Assembly: GCF_036321535.1 (NCBI RefSeq)
Contig: NC_087437.1
Location: 56,298,001 to 56,362,000 of the forward strand
Origin: Camelus dromedarius
Taxonomy: Eukaryota
Length of the DNA stretch: 64,000 nucleotides
Direction: 5' to 3'
In this document: positions 52,453 through 64,000 of the stretch, piece by piece
Numbering within the stretch: the stretch's first letter is position 1
Layout of the letters: every line of letters starts with the position of its first letter
Notes under the pieces: generated by a model
What the model was told of the DNA's origin: nothing
Seen by the model: only the letters and a program-made list of their open reading frames with translations
The model's database searches: none
Position numbers and translations under genes: made by a program

Positions 52453-55400
52453 GTTTAGAACTTAGACCAAAAGAAAATGTTTTCAAGGAGTATTATTTTT
52501 TTTACTGACATTACTTAGAAGTGCCTGCACATGACGATAATAAAAATCAGACTAACTTTTAGCCAATTTTATTTTGGTTTATAAGTTCTCTACCAACAAT
52601 GCACCTTCTTATTACCTGTACCTCAAGCAGACCCCCCTCATCACCCTGCTATTTAAAAATTTAAAAAACAGTCAGTCTCTGGAATCTAAACAGAAGACTC
52701 AAACACACTCATACTAAAACAGAGTTACAGCAAAGTAGGAGGCATTTAAATCTTTGAAAACTTGAAGAAGATAGTTAATTATCATTCTGAGATAATTACT
52801 GCTGTAAATTCAGTCATTTAGCCTCTGTTTTTACAACCTGGCATTTTCCACCAAGAAGAATAATCTGCCCTTCTCAGGAATTTTATTTTCCAGGATCTTT
52901 CAAGGATTCTGCCAGCACAGCCCTGACTCACCCTCTGGGGCTCCCCGAGCAGAGGCAGGAAAGGAGAGAATTCCCAGTTCATGTGCTCCAACAAACCTCC
53001 TGGAAGTCCCTGCGTATTTTGTCATGACAATTAGACTGTGCACTCACACAAGATATGCTAATCATCTTACTTAAGTTAGTTTAAAGGAAATTAAACTAAA
53101 ACAGATCCAAAGTGTGGAGCATTTCTTCCAATGTAGCTTGAAATGGAAGTGGATGGAGTAAGGGTGAAAATCCTGTTATAAACCCAAGGAAGGTGGACAG
53201 CAAGTAGAATCTGACTAATGCATATGCAGTGAATTTGGAGACATGAATTATATACACAGCGAAGAAGTAGAAGAAACAGTGCAAAAAAAATAAGTCCCCA
53301 AAGTTTAGTAGATGAGGAAATAAAGTGAGAAGAATGACAGGAAATTTGAGGGATATTGATAATGACACATGATGCTCTAAGATTACAGGACGTCAGAACT
53401 GGAAGGTATTTGAGAAAACATCCAGACCACTCAGACCAACCCAACCCCTTTACTTCTTAAATGGAGTAAATAAAGGCTCAGAGTAGATAAAGTAAAAAGG
53501 TTTGGTTTTTATAATGGTTGTTTATTTATCATCAGGTAAACATTAAAATACATACCTTTTGGAATCTCCATGGGTTTTTTTTGTTTGTTTGTTTGTTTGT
53601 TTTGAAGCAGCACATATTAATTAAAGTAATTCCGGGGACAACTCACTCTGACTCTCATAAGAATTACTTCATCTTTGATGAGTCCTTCTTAGAAACCAAA
53701 CCTGGAAGGAGTCTCTGTTTCTCAAACCTAAAGGACTTGGCTAAACCAGAAACTAAGAAAACTGGTGAGGAATTGGGCCACGTTTTGGAGTACCTTTAGG
53801 GGCAAGCTGGGTATTTTAGACTGTAGTATACAAATTAATAGCTAATGGTTGAAGAATTATCAAGAAGATTTGTTAGAAACGTACACAGGTTCTGACTCAC
53901 TAGGTTGGGGAGGACACTAGGATTCTACCTTTTTTGCAAGTTCCCCGAGGGATTCTGAATCAGTGTTTATGCACCATACCTTGAAAAACTTTGATGTAGA
54001 TTTTTTTGAAGTATAGAATTCCCATAATAATTTACATTTTATTTTGTGGGACACGTGGAAAAGAGTGAGACCAGGAAGTGAGCTATTAAATATTCTAGAT
54101 GGGAAATAAACAATTGTGGGGGAAAAATGTGGCACTTGATCCAATAAATAATTTTTCCTAAGTTTTTTTTTCTGTTCGAATTTAGAACTATATATACTAT
54201 CTCAGTTTCTCATATGTTCCCTTTACCTCCCGCCATTATTTTCTATGTCTTATCTATTCCAGGAGAATTGAGCATAATTCTACAGATGGATGTGAGGATT
54301 AGTGCATCTGATCCCAAGATCTAGTGCTCTAACCAAAAGGAGCTCAGCAGATTGCTAAGAAAACTCCTCAGGGAGGTTTAGCCAGGATGAATAAGATCTC
54401 ATAGTATAAAAGGCTACATCTTAATGCTGAAAAACCATTTATATAATTCAGGGACTCTTGAAAATCTTTAAGGTAGGGAATGGAAAAGGAGGGGAAAGTC
54501 TAGGTGGTAACAAAATGCTTTTTTAAAAATAGGAGAAGTAAAATCTGGGCACAGATAATTGTGTAATGAAGCTTTACTTAGAGTAAAGAGGGATCTTTTC
54601 GGTTTTAGGTAAGTAAAACATGATTTTGCTGATTGATCAGTAACAGAGAGTTGAAAATGGTCATCCGCATAGAGCAATGCTCAGACTCCAGTATTTCTGC
54701 TGCGTTCCCACTTATTAAATTGGTTTTTCAAGTTAAGGTCTTTAATATAGGAAACCGACTTTACTGATGAGCCACTGACAGAAAGTGATCTTGAATGATC
54801 ATTATGATTTACTTTTGAAATTTAATTTTTAAAAACTCAACAATTCTTCTCTGTCTCTAAATGTGCCCAAAGACACCTGAACTATCTGGGTGACGATCAA
54901 TGCTACAAATCCCAAAAGGGAAGGGAACTAGAGAAGTAAGACGACTTGATAAGTTTGGGCAGATTTTTAGTTCTTCAATTAGGTCTTTAATGATAAAACA
55001 GAAGACAGAGAGGAATCCCCCCAAGCACTTTTGGCTTAAATTAGAATATAATTTCCTGAGTTTCCCACTTTTCTTTCCATCAGTCTACATTATCTGTGTT
55101 CCCAATAAGAAGCTGAGTCACTGGGGTCAGGTGTGCTTTTGAAGGCTCCATGTAATAGCCAATCTGCACAGACTTCTAATTGCCTTAACTTGAAAAGGAA
55201 CCACAGTTTTCTGAAAGAACATAACTCCCTGCAAAACCAAATTGATAGCACTGCAAAATAATTACAGCTTCTTCTGGTTGCTATGACAGCTCTTATACCG
55301 ACGTCATCCTTTATCATAAGTGCCTTTCTTTGAGTGTTAGTAAAAGAAGATAGGATAGTGACATAAGATTAAAGGCATGAGAGAAAAAAGATCTACTCAC

Positions 55401-57161
55401 TAAAGGTGACATTAAGAAATAATTTAATGTCAGTATTCTACCTAATGGAACCATAATTATCTTCATAGCAAATATTAGCACGTATGTCTTACAATGCGAT
55501 GACTTTAAAGAGCTGGTACTTGGGGAACTGATTGGGAAAGAGTTTTAGTTTAAAAGTTTGTCACAAATGTAAAAAGTAAAATAAAATAAACATACCTATG
55601 ATAAAAAGAGGGAAATGTCAGAGCTTTTTTTAACTAACCCCTAAGTGGCCTGGGACAACTTAGTGCTCTCATAAGAGGGGCCTGTTGTAGGAGAAAGACT
55701 CAATAGCAGAGTTCTTAGCAATGAAGATTTTATCCTCTGCCAAACCACCTTTGTGTGGGAGGATGTCAGAGCAGGGCTTCACTCATTTGGTGGGAAACGC
55801 AGAATGGCTCTTGTGGAGGGAAAGAGAAAGGAAGAGATCAGGAAGAGGAAGGCAGTCCACTGAATGAATGGTAATGAGTTCACAGGAGCCCCTTAATCAT
55901 TTTTCTACCATGGGCTTCCATCTGGATAGGAACTAAAAGGGCTTCATTTAATGAGAAGATTTAGCTTTGGCGTCTATGAAGCGAGAGTTGATCTGACATT
56001 GTTTAAACAGACGACATCAGAATGCAAGAGTTTAAAGCCAGTGTATTACTAAAATGTTCGAAGACTCTCATACCAAATACATTCAGAACACACAATCTAA
56101 ATCCTTTTTAAAGGGCGCCTCACATTAATCCCTCAGCTGGGGTTCCTCGTTTTTATAGCATCATTTATCACTTTAATGTAACATTAGTTTAGCAGCTAAA
56201 AGCCATGGCAGAAAACCTGCACTGAATGTTGGAACATTAATGACTTAAGCAAAAAGGAAACACTTGAAAGACCAACCAGCACTCTCGTTCTTTCCCTTAG
56301 GTTATAATCACAGACGCGGGAAGCAATTGCTGCTGTATAAATAAAGCTGCAGTGTGGATCATGTTGGCAAGACCAGACTTACTTGTGATGCTAAAGGGTA
56401 AATAACAAAAGGTTTGACAAACTGAGTCAAGAAAGAAATGTATGTTTATGTTTGAGGGGTGGGGAGTGGTAAGGGGGAGAGGAATGGGATCAAACAGTTC
56501 TTTGCTTCTAGTGCAGATTTTTCTAAAGAAAACAATGCAGGGGTGGAGATGAGACATAGGGGGCGGAGGGTGGAAATCCCAGGGCACCCTAGCAGCACAG
56601 ATGGCATCTGGTCTCACTGCCGCCCACCACACCTGAGGCGATGCATGCTGCAGAAAATTGGGCATGGATGTGGGTGTGGGGAGGGTCGGGAAAACATCGC
56701 AAACCCCATGTAGGAGGGGAAATCCCAGTATTTGTGGAATTGAATTCCCCGCATTGCTTCGGCAACTTCTTTTTTTGTTTTTGGGTTTGTTTTCTCGCTT
56801 CCCTAAAACATATACCTGACATATATCTGACTATTTCCCTAACTTTCCCTCACATGATCTTGGGAAAGATACTTGCCTTTTCCTGAACTACTCTGTCCAC
56901 ATCTATGAAATGGACCAGAGATGGGGGTGGTGGGGATGGGGCTGACTAGACGAACTCCTTAAGCTCTTCGAACTTATCTTTTATGGATTTGCTTTGTTAT
57001 TATTAAGAGAGCTGATAATTTTTTTTTAAACGATAGCCTTAGTGCTTAGGTTGCGTCATATCAAAGGGCTGAGTCTGTGGGCATACTTTTCAGCCTCCAG
57101 AATTTCCCAAAGCGGGAGAAATCTAGGAACTTCCGAGCACCTTCAATGTCACGTTACTTAG

Positions 57162-57651
57162 TGACAAAGATTATCTTTGCTGAGCTTCTTGGCTAGGCCT
57201 TACCCTTGGCCTATGAAGACTTGAACAAAACACTAACATCATTTTCAACAGCTCAAGGCTCATCCTTAGGATGATTCTTAAACCACCTGCCTGAGAAAAC
57301 TCAAGGCTGCCAAGAGAGTTTTTGGTTCGCTAAAGATAGCATCCCTGTCTCTCAGCCTCTGGGGGAGACCAGGAGCCTAACTTTGACAAACGCCAGGTAA
57401 CCAACGCAGATGGGCTCCACAAGGAACCCCCCTTTCCTGCTTATTGTACTCTTTCACCGCCCCCCAGCTCTTCTGAGCCCTCCCTCACTCCCTTCTATTT
57501 TCCCATTCTCCCTTTAAGTGCCCAGTTCACCTCTGTACAGATCTAAATTGAATTCCGTCCATGCTTTACTCTTCTTCCCCATTGCAATAGTATATTACTG
57601 ATTAAAATCTGTCCTGACCACTTTAGCTCATGTCCAGCCTTATCTTTGCCA
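57162..57651 (+). mobile_element. Solo ERV1-type LTR (MER31/MER67-like)
   Basis: TGACAAAGAT...ATCTTTGCCA terminal inverted repeat; 4-bp TSD ttag (57158-57161 / 57652-57655); ATTAAA at 57601. Confidence 0.85.
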
Positions 57652-58329
57652 TTAGACAGCTGCCCTCCTCATTTTAAGGTGAACACTTCCCTAACGTGCT
57701 TTTGGTTAAAAGGGTAAAATACAAGCAAGTTTCTCATCCTGTGTTTTATATAACCCATGGTGGGCATTTCCCATCTGCCCCACCTCTTCTTCTGTCTTTG
57801 GGGCCCATCTGGCTTTTGTTTTAATCTCAAACACAGCAGATGACATTCTCTGCCAATGAGTCCTATTTTCAGCTCCCTTGGGCAAGCTACAGAAGCTGAG
57901 CCGTGCTCCCAAATTTACTGCCAGTTTTAAAACAATAAAAATCTAGCACTTATGATATCCCACTAACGTAGGGCAGGGTCTAAAAGGACTGACTCTGATT
58001 CTTCTGCAAAAATTTGAAAGTCCGTTTTAAAAGTGTTTGTGTATTTGATTGCTTCAGAACGGCCCTGTATGACTTGTGGGTCTTGGAGGAGTTCTTACGT
58101 GCTGAATTGAGAGTCTTCTCCATCACAACTGCCATCCCACAGTGCCTGAGGGAGTGAGTCATGCTCATCTTGTGCTGAACTCTTTTGCCCTCTCATTCTG
58201 CACTGCAAAGATTGAGAGATCCCCGCTTGCTAGATCAGCCTTCGAGTCTTCAGGGTGGATCCTCACCTAAGGCAGCCCTAGGGCTCCTGGTAGCTAATGT
58301 GCCCTGACTTGTTTGTTTTGCTGTAGAGC

Positions 58330-58470
58330 TTTGCTACTCAGGAGAGGACCATCAGCATCTTCAATACCTTAGAGTTTGTTAGAGATGCAGAATCTCAGGT
58401 CCTACCCCAGACCTACTCAATCAAAATGTGCATTTTTGGAAAGACCCCCAGGTGATTCAAATGCACCTGA
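58330..58470. mobile_element. MER5A-like hAT MITE
   Basis: ttgttagagatgcagaatctcagg...cccagacctact...cccccaggtgattc...aagtttggga. Confidence 0.8.
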
Positions 58471-61400
58471 AAGTTTGGGAAATGTGGCTGTTTATAATGC
58501 TCTGACACTGGCTTTCTCCTGGAATCTTCAGTATCATTCCTGAGTTCTGTCTTCCTAAGATGCTCAGGAGGCCGTGGATACGGACTCTTCCTCATGCTCT
58601 GCAGACTTGCCCTCCATAGACTGTGGTTCTGCTCAGTACCCTGAAACCCAGGGCAGAGCTGCCTCTCTGCCTGCCCACGGGGACGCCTGCATCTCTCACA
58701 CATGCTCCGTTGTCCCCTCCTAGAACACAGGGTTTGCACCTGTAGGCTGGTCACTTCCCAGCCTCACGATTCTGCTCAATACCCAAGACCTGGTTCTTGG
58801 TCAGCCTGCCCTCTTTAGCCCTAAAGAGCATCGAGACCAAATGAACTGCAGTGATGATTGGGGGATGTTGCAAACTGTGTGGGCCCGGAGACACAAGACG
58901 TGCGATTTACCTCCATCTGGTGCGAAATATAATCTCCCCTCTCTCAGAGACTGTTGTAAGATTTGAGTAATAATAGGTACGGAAGCACTTGGTAAAGGCA
59001 AGCACTACAATGCTGTGTGACCGAGCAGTCATTATGGGGCCAAATCACTGTTCCACACTACAACTCTCTTACAGACATATTTTAGAAAATATTTACGGAC
59101 TATGATAAATGATGAATAAGAACTTAAGGGGAAATATGGGAAGAAAGAAGCTATTTTAATTGAATGGCATATTGAGAAAATATTTTTCTTTAACTTTAAT
59201 TTTTGTTTAGATTGTCGTGCATATTTTAAAAGGTTTTGAAATTTTTTCTTGAAAAAAAAAGAATAGGAGGAGGAAAGGGCTTAGTTGACACACTTCAGTG
59301 TGGTGTTCATTCAAGAACTTCTAAAATGTGACACAGGTACCCACCTTCCCACATTTCTCACTTTATTCCTCCCTTTACCAACACCTTATCCCACCCCGCG
59401 TAATTATTCCTTCACCTGTTTATCTTCCCTGAACACCCTTTGAGCTGCTTTTTCTCTCAACCTAAATGCTCTGTTCTACTTCCATCTACACTTGGGAAAA
59501 GATAAATTTTTGTTCGTATGCCCCAAACCTCACATTTATTTATTATCCTAAATCAAATATATCTGGATTTGCCTCTGCCCAGAAGGATCGGCAGTAAATT
59601 TATCTCAGTCATTATTTTTAGAAGGGCAGAGGGGTCTCCTCTCTCCCTCAGAATCATGCATGAGTCTGGACGGCTTGTGGAGTTCAGAAAATTTGGAAAA
59701 ATAGTTCCTGGACCTTAGTCACTCATGTCTGTTTTCACCAGGGATGAATATATAGAAAATGCCATTTGTATGAACATTTCTTGATTTTTAAAGGTTAGCA
59801 AATAATGTTACATGTCTAATATGCTTCACGGACCAGTCAAAAGATACCTGTGGCTGCGGACTCGTCGCCTTGTCTTAGACTTAGGACACAAATTCTTACC
59901 CATCCACTTAGAACGGCAAAAAGAGAGAAATTTTAAATTGGCTTCTCATTTTTATAAATTTCTTACAACTCTGAGAATAACACAGCATTTGAAGTTGAAT
60001 AGATTATTTTGTTCCACATATTGAAACCCCATGAAGTCTTCTAAGCTCAGCTCAGATACCTTCTGTGACTTGCCTCAAGACAACAAGGACTACTTTATGC
60101 AATGAAGTTAATTGGTATCTCCTCCACTCCTCCCACCCTCCTTTTTTCCCTCCCTCCTTCCTTTCTTCCTTCTTGCTTTCTTCTGATTAGTTTTGTATCT
60201 GAGATTCAAACTCAGGACGCAGTGTAATCTGATGACTGAGCTTTTAAACACTATGCTATGGAACTTACAATACAGTGAAGACACTAGTAAATTACCCAAG
60301 CCAATAATCTAAAAAAAAAAAAAAAAAAAAAAAAAGCCCTGTGAATTTAAACAAGGCTGCTTTGTATCAAATTATACTTTTCCTCTACTATACTACTGTT
60401 CTTTTGAATGGAAGATTTATACCTGATTGATTTATTGCTCTGCTAGAGCACCCAGCACAGTAACTGTCCCTTCGTAAGCTTCGAAAATTACGTATTGAGC
60501 TATCCACAGCTGACCACTACTCCTCCATACACTCTGATTCAAATGCATTCAACCGTTGTCTTACCCTCTCCCCACTCCACCTCCACCATACTCTGTCTCT
60601 TGATAGAGAGGCCCAGAAACATTCTCTGCAGCACCAAAGAGAATCTGATATCCCTTACAAGCTGTATGTGATGGAAAACATAGCAGACAAGGAGTCAGGA
60701 AGTGTAGGTTTGAGTTCTAATTCTGTGAGTTCATTGTATGTTCATGGCCTTTCTCTTCTCAGGCCTCTTTGGCCCATAAAACAGGGCGCACTAAATGATC
60801 TCTAGGCTCCTTTCAACTCTGGCAGTGCAGGAAAATGGCTTTGGAGTCAGACATAGTGGAATTCAAATCCAACATCACTAATTTTCCAGCCGTATGAATT
60901 TATCAAGTTACTTAATCTCTAAGACAAGCAAAGTGCTTACTACAGTGCCTGGAAAATAGGATGCTCTCAAGAAATATTAGGTATTTTTAACATACTATTC
61001 TTGATCATTGTAAATCCTCTAGGGTGACTTTACCTAAGCCATATATATATATATATATGATAACTCATTTTTAATTATGGACTGATAATTTCTGCCTATA
61101 GCTACCACAAATCCACCTCAAATTATCACTGGTTATGTGTGCTTCATAAACCCCCTTATGGACATGCAAACTGGAAACTGAGTCATGCAAGGAGTCGTTT
61201 TGAGCTGACATCCTCTTGATTTATTTCTCACTCATTTGACTTGCTTTCCTTTTTAATTTGAATTGACCAGATTTATGGTTTCGTGTAGGCATAGCCCATG
61301 TCTGATCCTTACACACTGTTAAGAGAAATCAAGATCAAAAGAGCAAATGCTTTGTACTTAGGAATCTTCCTGAAAATTCATCAAGGGTTTCACTTCACCA

Positions 61401-62127
61401 AGAGAAATCAGCAGAGACAGGCAATGCACACAATTTCTTACTGAGAAAGTAGTAAACTTTCTCTCCTTTGGGAAGAGCTGTACAATTTTAAGAACTGCCT
61501 TGAAATATAAATCTACTGAAAACTCAGCTCTGTTCAGTTACAGAGTGTTTAGCCTCAGCTCTATATGCATCTTTGTGGTTCTCTATTCTATACCTGTTTG
61601 TTTGTTTTTCCTCCTAGCATCTGTTATTTGAAAGTTTAACAAATCTCCCTATTTTGTTTTTATCCAGTGGCAGAAACATTGAACCAAATTAGACACAAGA
61701 TGGATTCCTGTGTCATCCCATTAGAGTCTTCTCTTTAAGTTCCTAAAGGGCAGAAGTGTCCAGACAAAAACTTCCTAGCTATCATGAGAGGCCAGTTTCA
61801 CTCCCAATTGTATTGATATTTTTTTTTATTTCAAAATGGTTTCACAATATTAAAAATAAGAGAAAAGATAGATATTTGGAACCAAAATTGAATATGCATT
61901 TTTTGATGACCCAAATTTCTTCTCAGTACTCCCTTGGGGCTGGTTGCTAGACCTGTCTTTGACAATCTTCCCTCCCTGCTCCATTAAATCAATTAGAATG
62001 AACCTGAGATCAACGTTTATTGAAAGTTATCCTCTCCAAAATATGATATTCGCTATCATAGAGCTTCACCCGCCCCCTAATAAATACAACACTCTGTTGA
62101 AATGTATCACAAATTTAATTCCATTGA

Positions 62128-62880
62128 TGTAACAGTCTGAGCCCAGGCAGGAGGTAAATGGAAACCACTTAGATTTAACAGGGGAAGTTAACTATAAGAA
62201 CTATTAGCCATGATAAAAAAAAAAAATAACTAAGATATAAGGAAGCTCTATGATACCCTGGGGCTGACAGAGTGCCCAAGAAACCACAAATTTGGAAGGG
62301 ATTTAGATCTCACTGAAGAAAGTGTGGTTCAGCCACCGGATAGCAGAGATGGCTGGGATTGGTCTGGAGTTGCAAGACAAACAGCTATTGCCAAAGCCTC
62401 TGTTTGCAAATGAGCTGCAGGGAGTCAGCAAACTGGTGCAGGAGGGCAGCGGGAAACCCGGCCCCCACAGGGCAGAAGGGCTTCAGAGGGAGGCAGACCC
62501 TGCTGGGGTTGGGAAAGGCTTGTCGATGAAAGCACTGCAGGGTGTGTGACCCTCTGGGCCACAGGGAGTTGGGGCTCACCCAGAGAGGCTAGACAGGTGG
62601 CTGTGGGAAGACTATCACCCGGCGGAGGCTGAAAGGTCCTAGAGAGACGGCGTTCCGAGCCCGTGGCTGGGGCAGGCTCAACATACGTTCGCACACCCGC
62701 GTTGTTGACCTCTAGTCCGTGGAGGAAGCCTTTGCCTTCTGCAGTGTACCCCCACCGCCCTCTAATGAGAAAGCTTGGTGTCCATTTATAAGGAGAAATG
62801 ATGGTAGGAATCCCATTTTTGATCATCGAGTATGTACTGAAGGATGCATTTGGAGCAGAAAGACAAGTTATTGTTAATTT
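62128..62880. mobile_element. Probable old ERVL-class LTR (LTR33/LTR41-like)
   Basis: GC-rich block starting tgtaacagtctgag... with LTR-like overall character. Family and ends uncertain. Confidence 0.45.
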
Positions 62881-64000
62881 ACTTATGTAATTTTAAGGGA
62901 ACTCAGCTCTGACGTGTTGGAAAATTCTCTACACTTAAGAATCAGATAATCAGGATTAAAATATTCATGTTATTTACTAATATTACTTAGTACCTCTATG
63001 TGATTTGGGGCTGTACACTGCTTTTCTGAGCTTTAGTTTTCTTGTCTGTGAAATACTCACATGACCTTCCTCAGAAGATTTTTGGGAGAATTAAATGAGA
63101 TATATAAATGAGAATGCCTGGTACTGAAAATGTAAGTATATTTTATTTAGTCAAACTTCTGAAATCATTACATTGTTTATAAATTGTAAGCTAATAGTTG
63201 TGTCTGGAAACTAGATTGTTGACAAAAATAAGATGATTCCATAACTTATTTTTAGATCTAAAAGAGGCTTTGGAGATCACTGAATCATCTCCTTTGACAG
63301 TTGAGGAAAATGAGTCTCAGGGAGCAAAAGTGACTTGCCTACATTTGTACAAAGGTGGAGTGGCAGAAATAGAACTGAGACGCTTGTAATATACCAGTTG
63401 GCACACACTTTGGGGTTAATAGTCAAAACCCAAACCGAAGCTCAAAGCTAACAAACAAAACTCAGTTTTTAATTTGGTTTTAACTTTATTTCCATGATTG
63501 GTGAGTGTGGTAATAAAAGCAAGGAGTCCTGTTAAGCAGGAGGGTAAGGAAGATCTGTGTGCAGTCAGCCTATTGTGATGCACAGGAAGAATCTTCTCTA
63601 ATCTGGCCAGCGTATGCTCCTTAATTTAGGAGATGCAAAGGTTTCCTGTAAAAAGAGATCCTTTCACCACTAACAGGTCCTGTTCATGTTCTTTTTGGAG
63701 CAACTGTTTGGAGCCTTTTCTCTAAAGCATTTCTCCCTAATTGTTTAATATTCATACCAGTTCCTAAGTCTCTTCACTGTTTGAGCCCTAGCATCACTCT
63801 GCCTTCCTCGGAGGAGAGAGCTCAGTACAAAATGCTGGTTGCTAAGCAGTGCCTATTTTTACTCCACTGGAGCAGAAAAGAGGCCCACTCAGTGAGATTT
63901 TATCACCAAGGGTAGCTACTGAGCGGCTTTTATAGGTTAAGTATTTACCAGTGTTTCTCTGTGAAACTATGAACTCCATGGTTTCGCATCCGAGATGAGG

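Noticed and set aside
58905..58925. CTCF-like motif (reverse GCACCAGATGGAGG)
   Set aside because: Only a partial match; cannot be supported without PWM scoring or ChIP data.
62322..62826. ORFs up to 133 aa
   Set aside because: They lie in a GC-rich LTR-like block where stops are rare; no protein-family features.
1..64000. CLDN16 or IL1RAP exons; CRISPR arrays, operons or a novel multi-gene system
   Set aside because: I recognised no claudin or Ig/TIR-domain coding sequence, and there is no repeat-spacer array. The DNA is mammalian intronic/intergenic sequence containing one known gene.

Overview
This is AT-rich mammalian genomic DNA, not prokaryotic. The tRNA-Ala-derived SINE family suggests a camelid (inference). 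One spliced protein-coding gene can be fully reconstructed on the minus strand: TMEM207, with 5 coding exons (29328->13591), all introns GT-AG, and a 145-aa single-pass membrane protein ending in a PPxY motif. From recalled human synteny (CLDN16-TMEM207-IL1RAP) the flanks should be intergenic, and I found no exon of either neighbour. The rest is transposon-derived: young L1 3' ends, four tRNA-derived SINEs, solo LTRs with TSDs, old L1/L2/MIR, and hAT MITEs. Apart from TMEM207 exon 4 and L1 remnants, the supplied ORFs look spurious. I do not see a new biological system. The best observations are (i) one L1 insertion that appears to combine a twin-priming 5' inversion with a ~110-bp 3' transduction, nested in a Charlie-like DNA transposon (51.36-52.24 kb), and (ii) an NF-kB/AP-1 motif cluster at 56.4-57.1 kb on the presumed IL1RAP side. 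Repeat family names are from memory of consensus sequences, and old-repeat boundaries are approximate.
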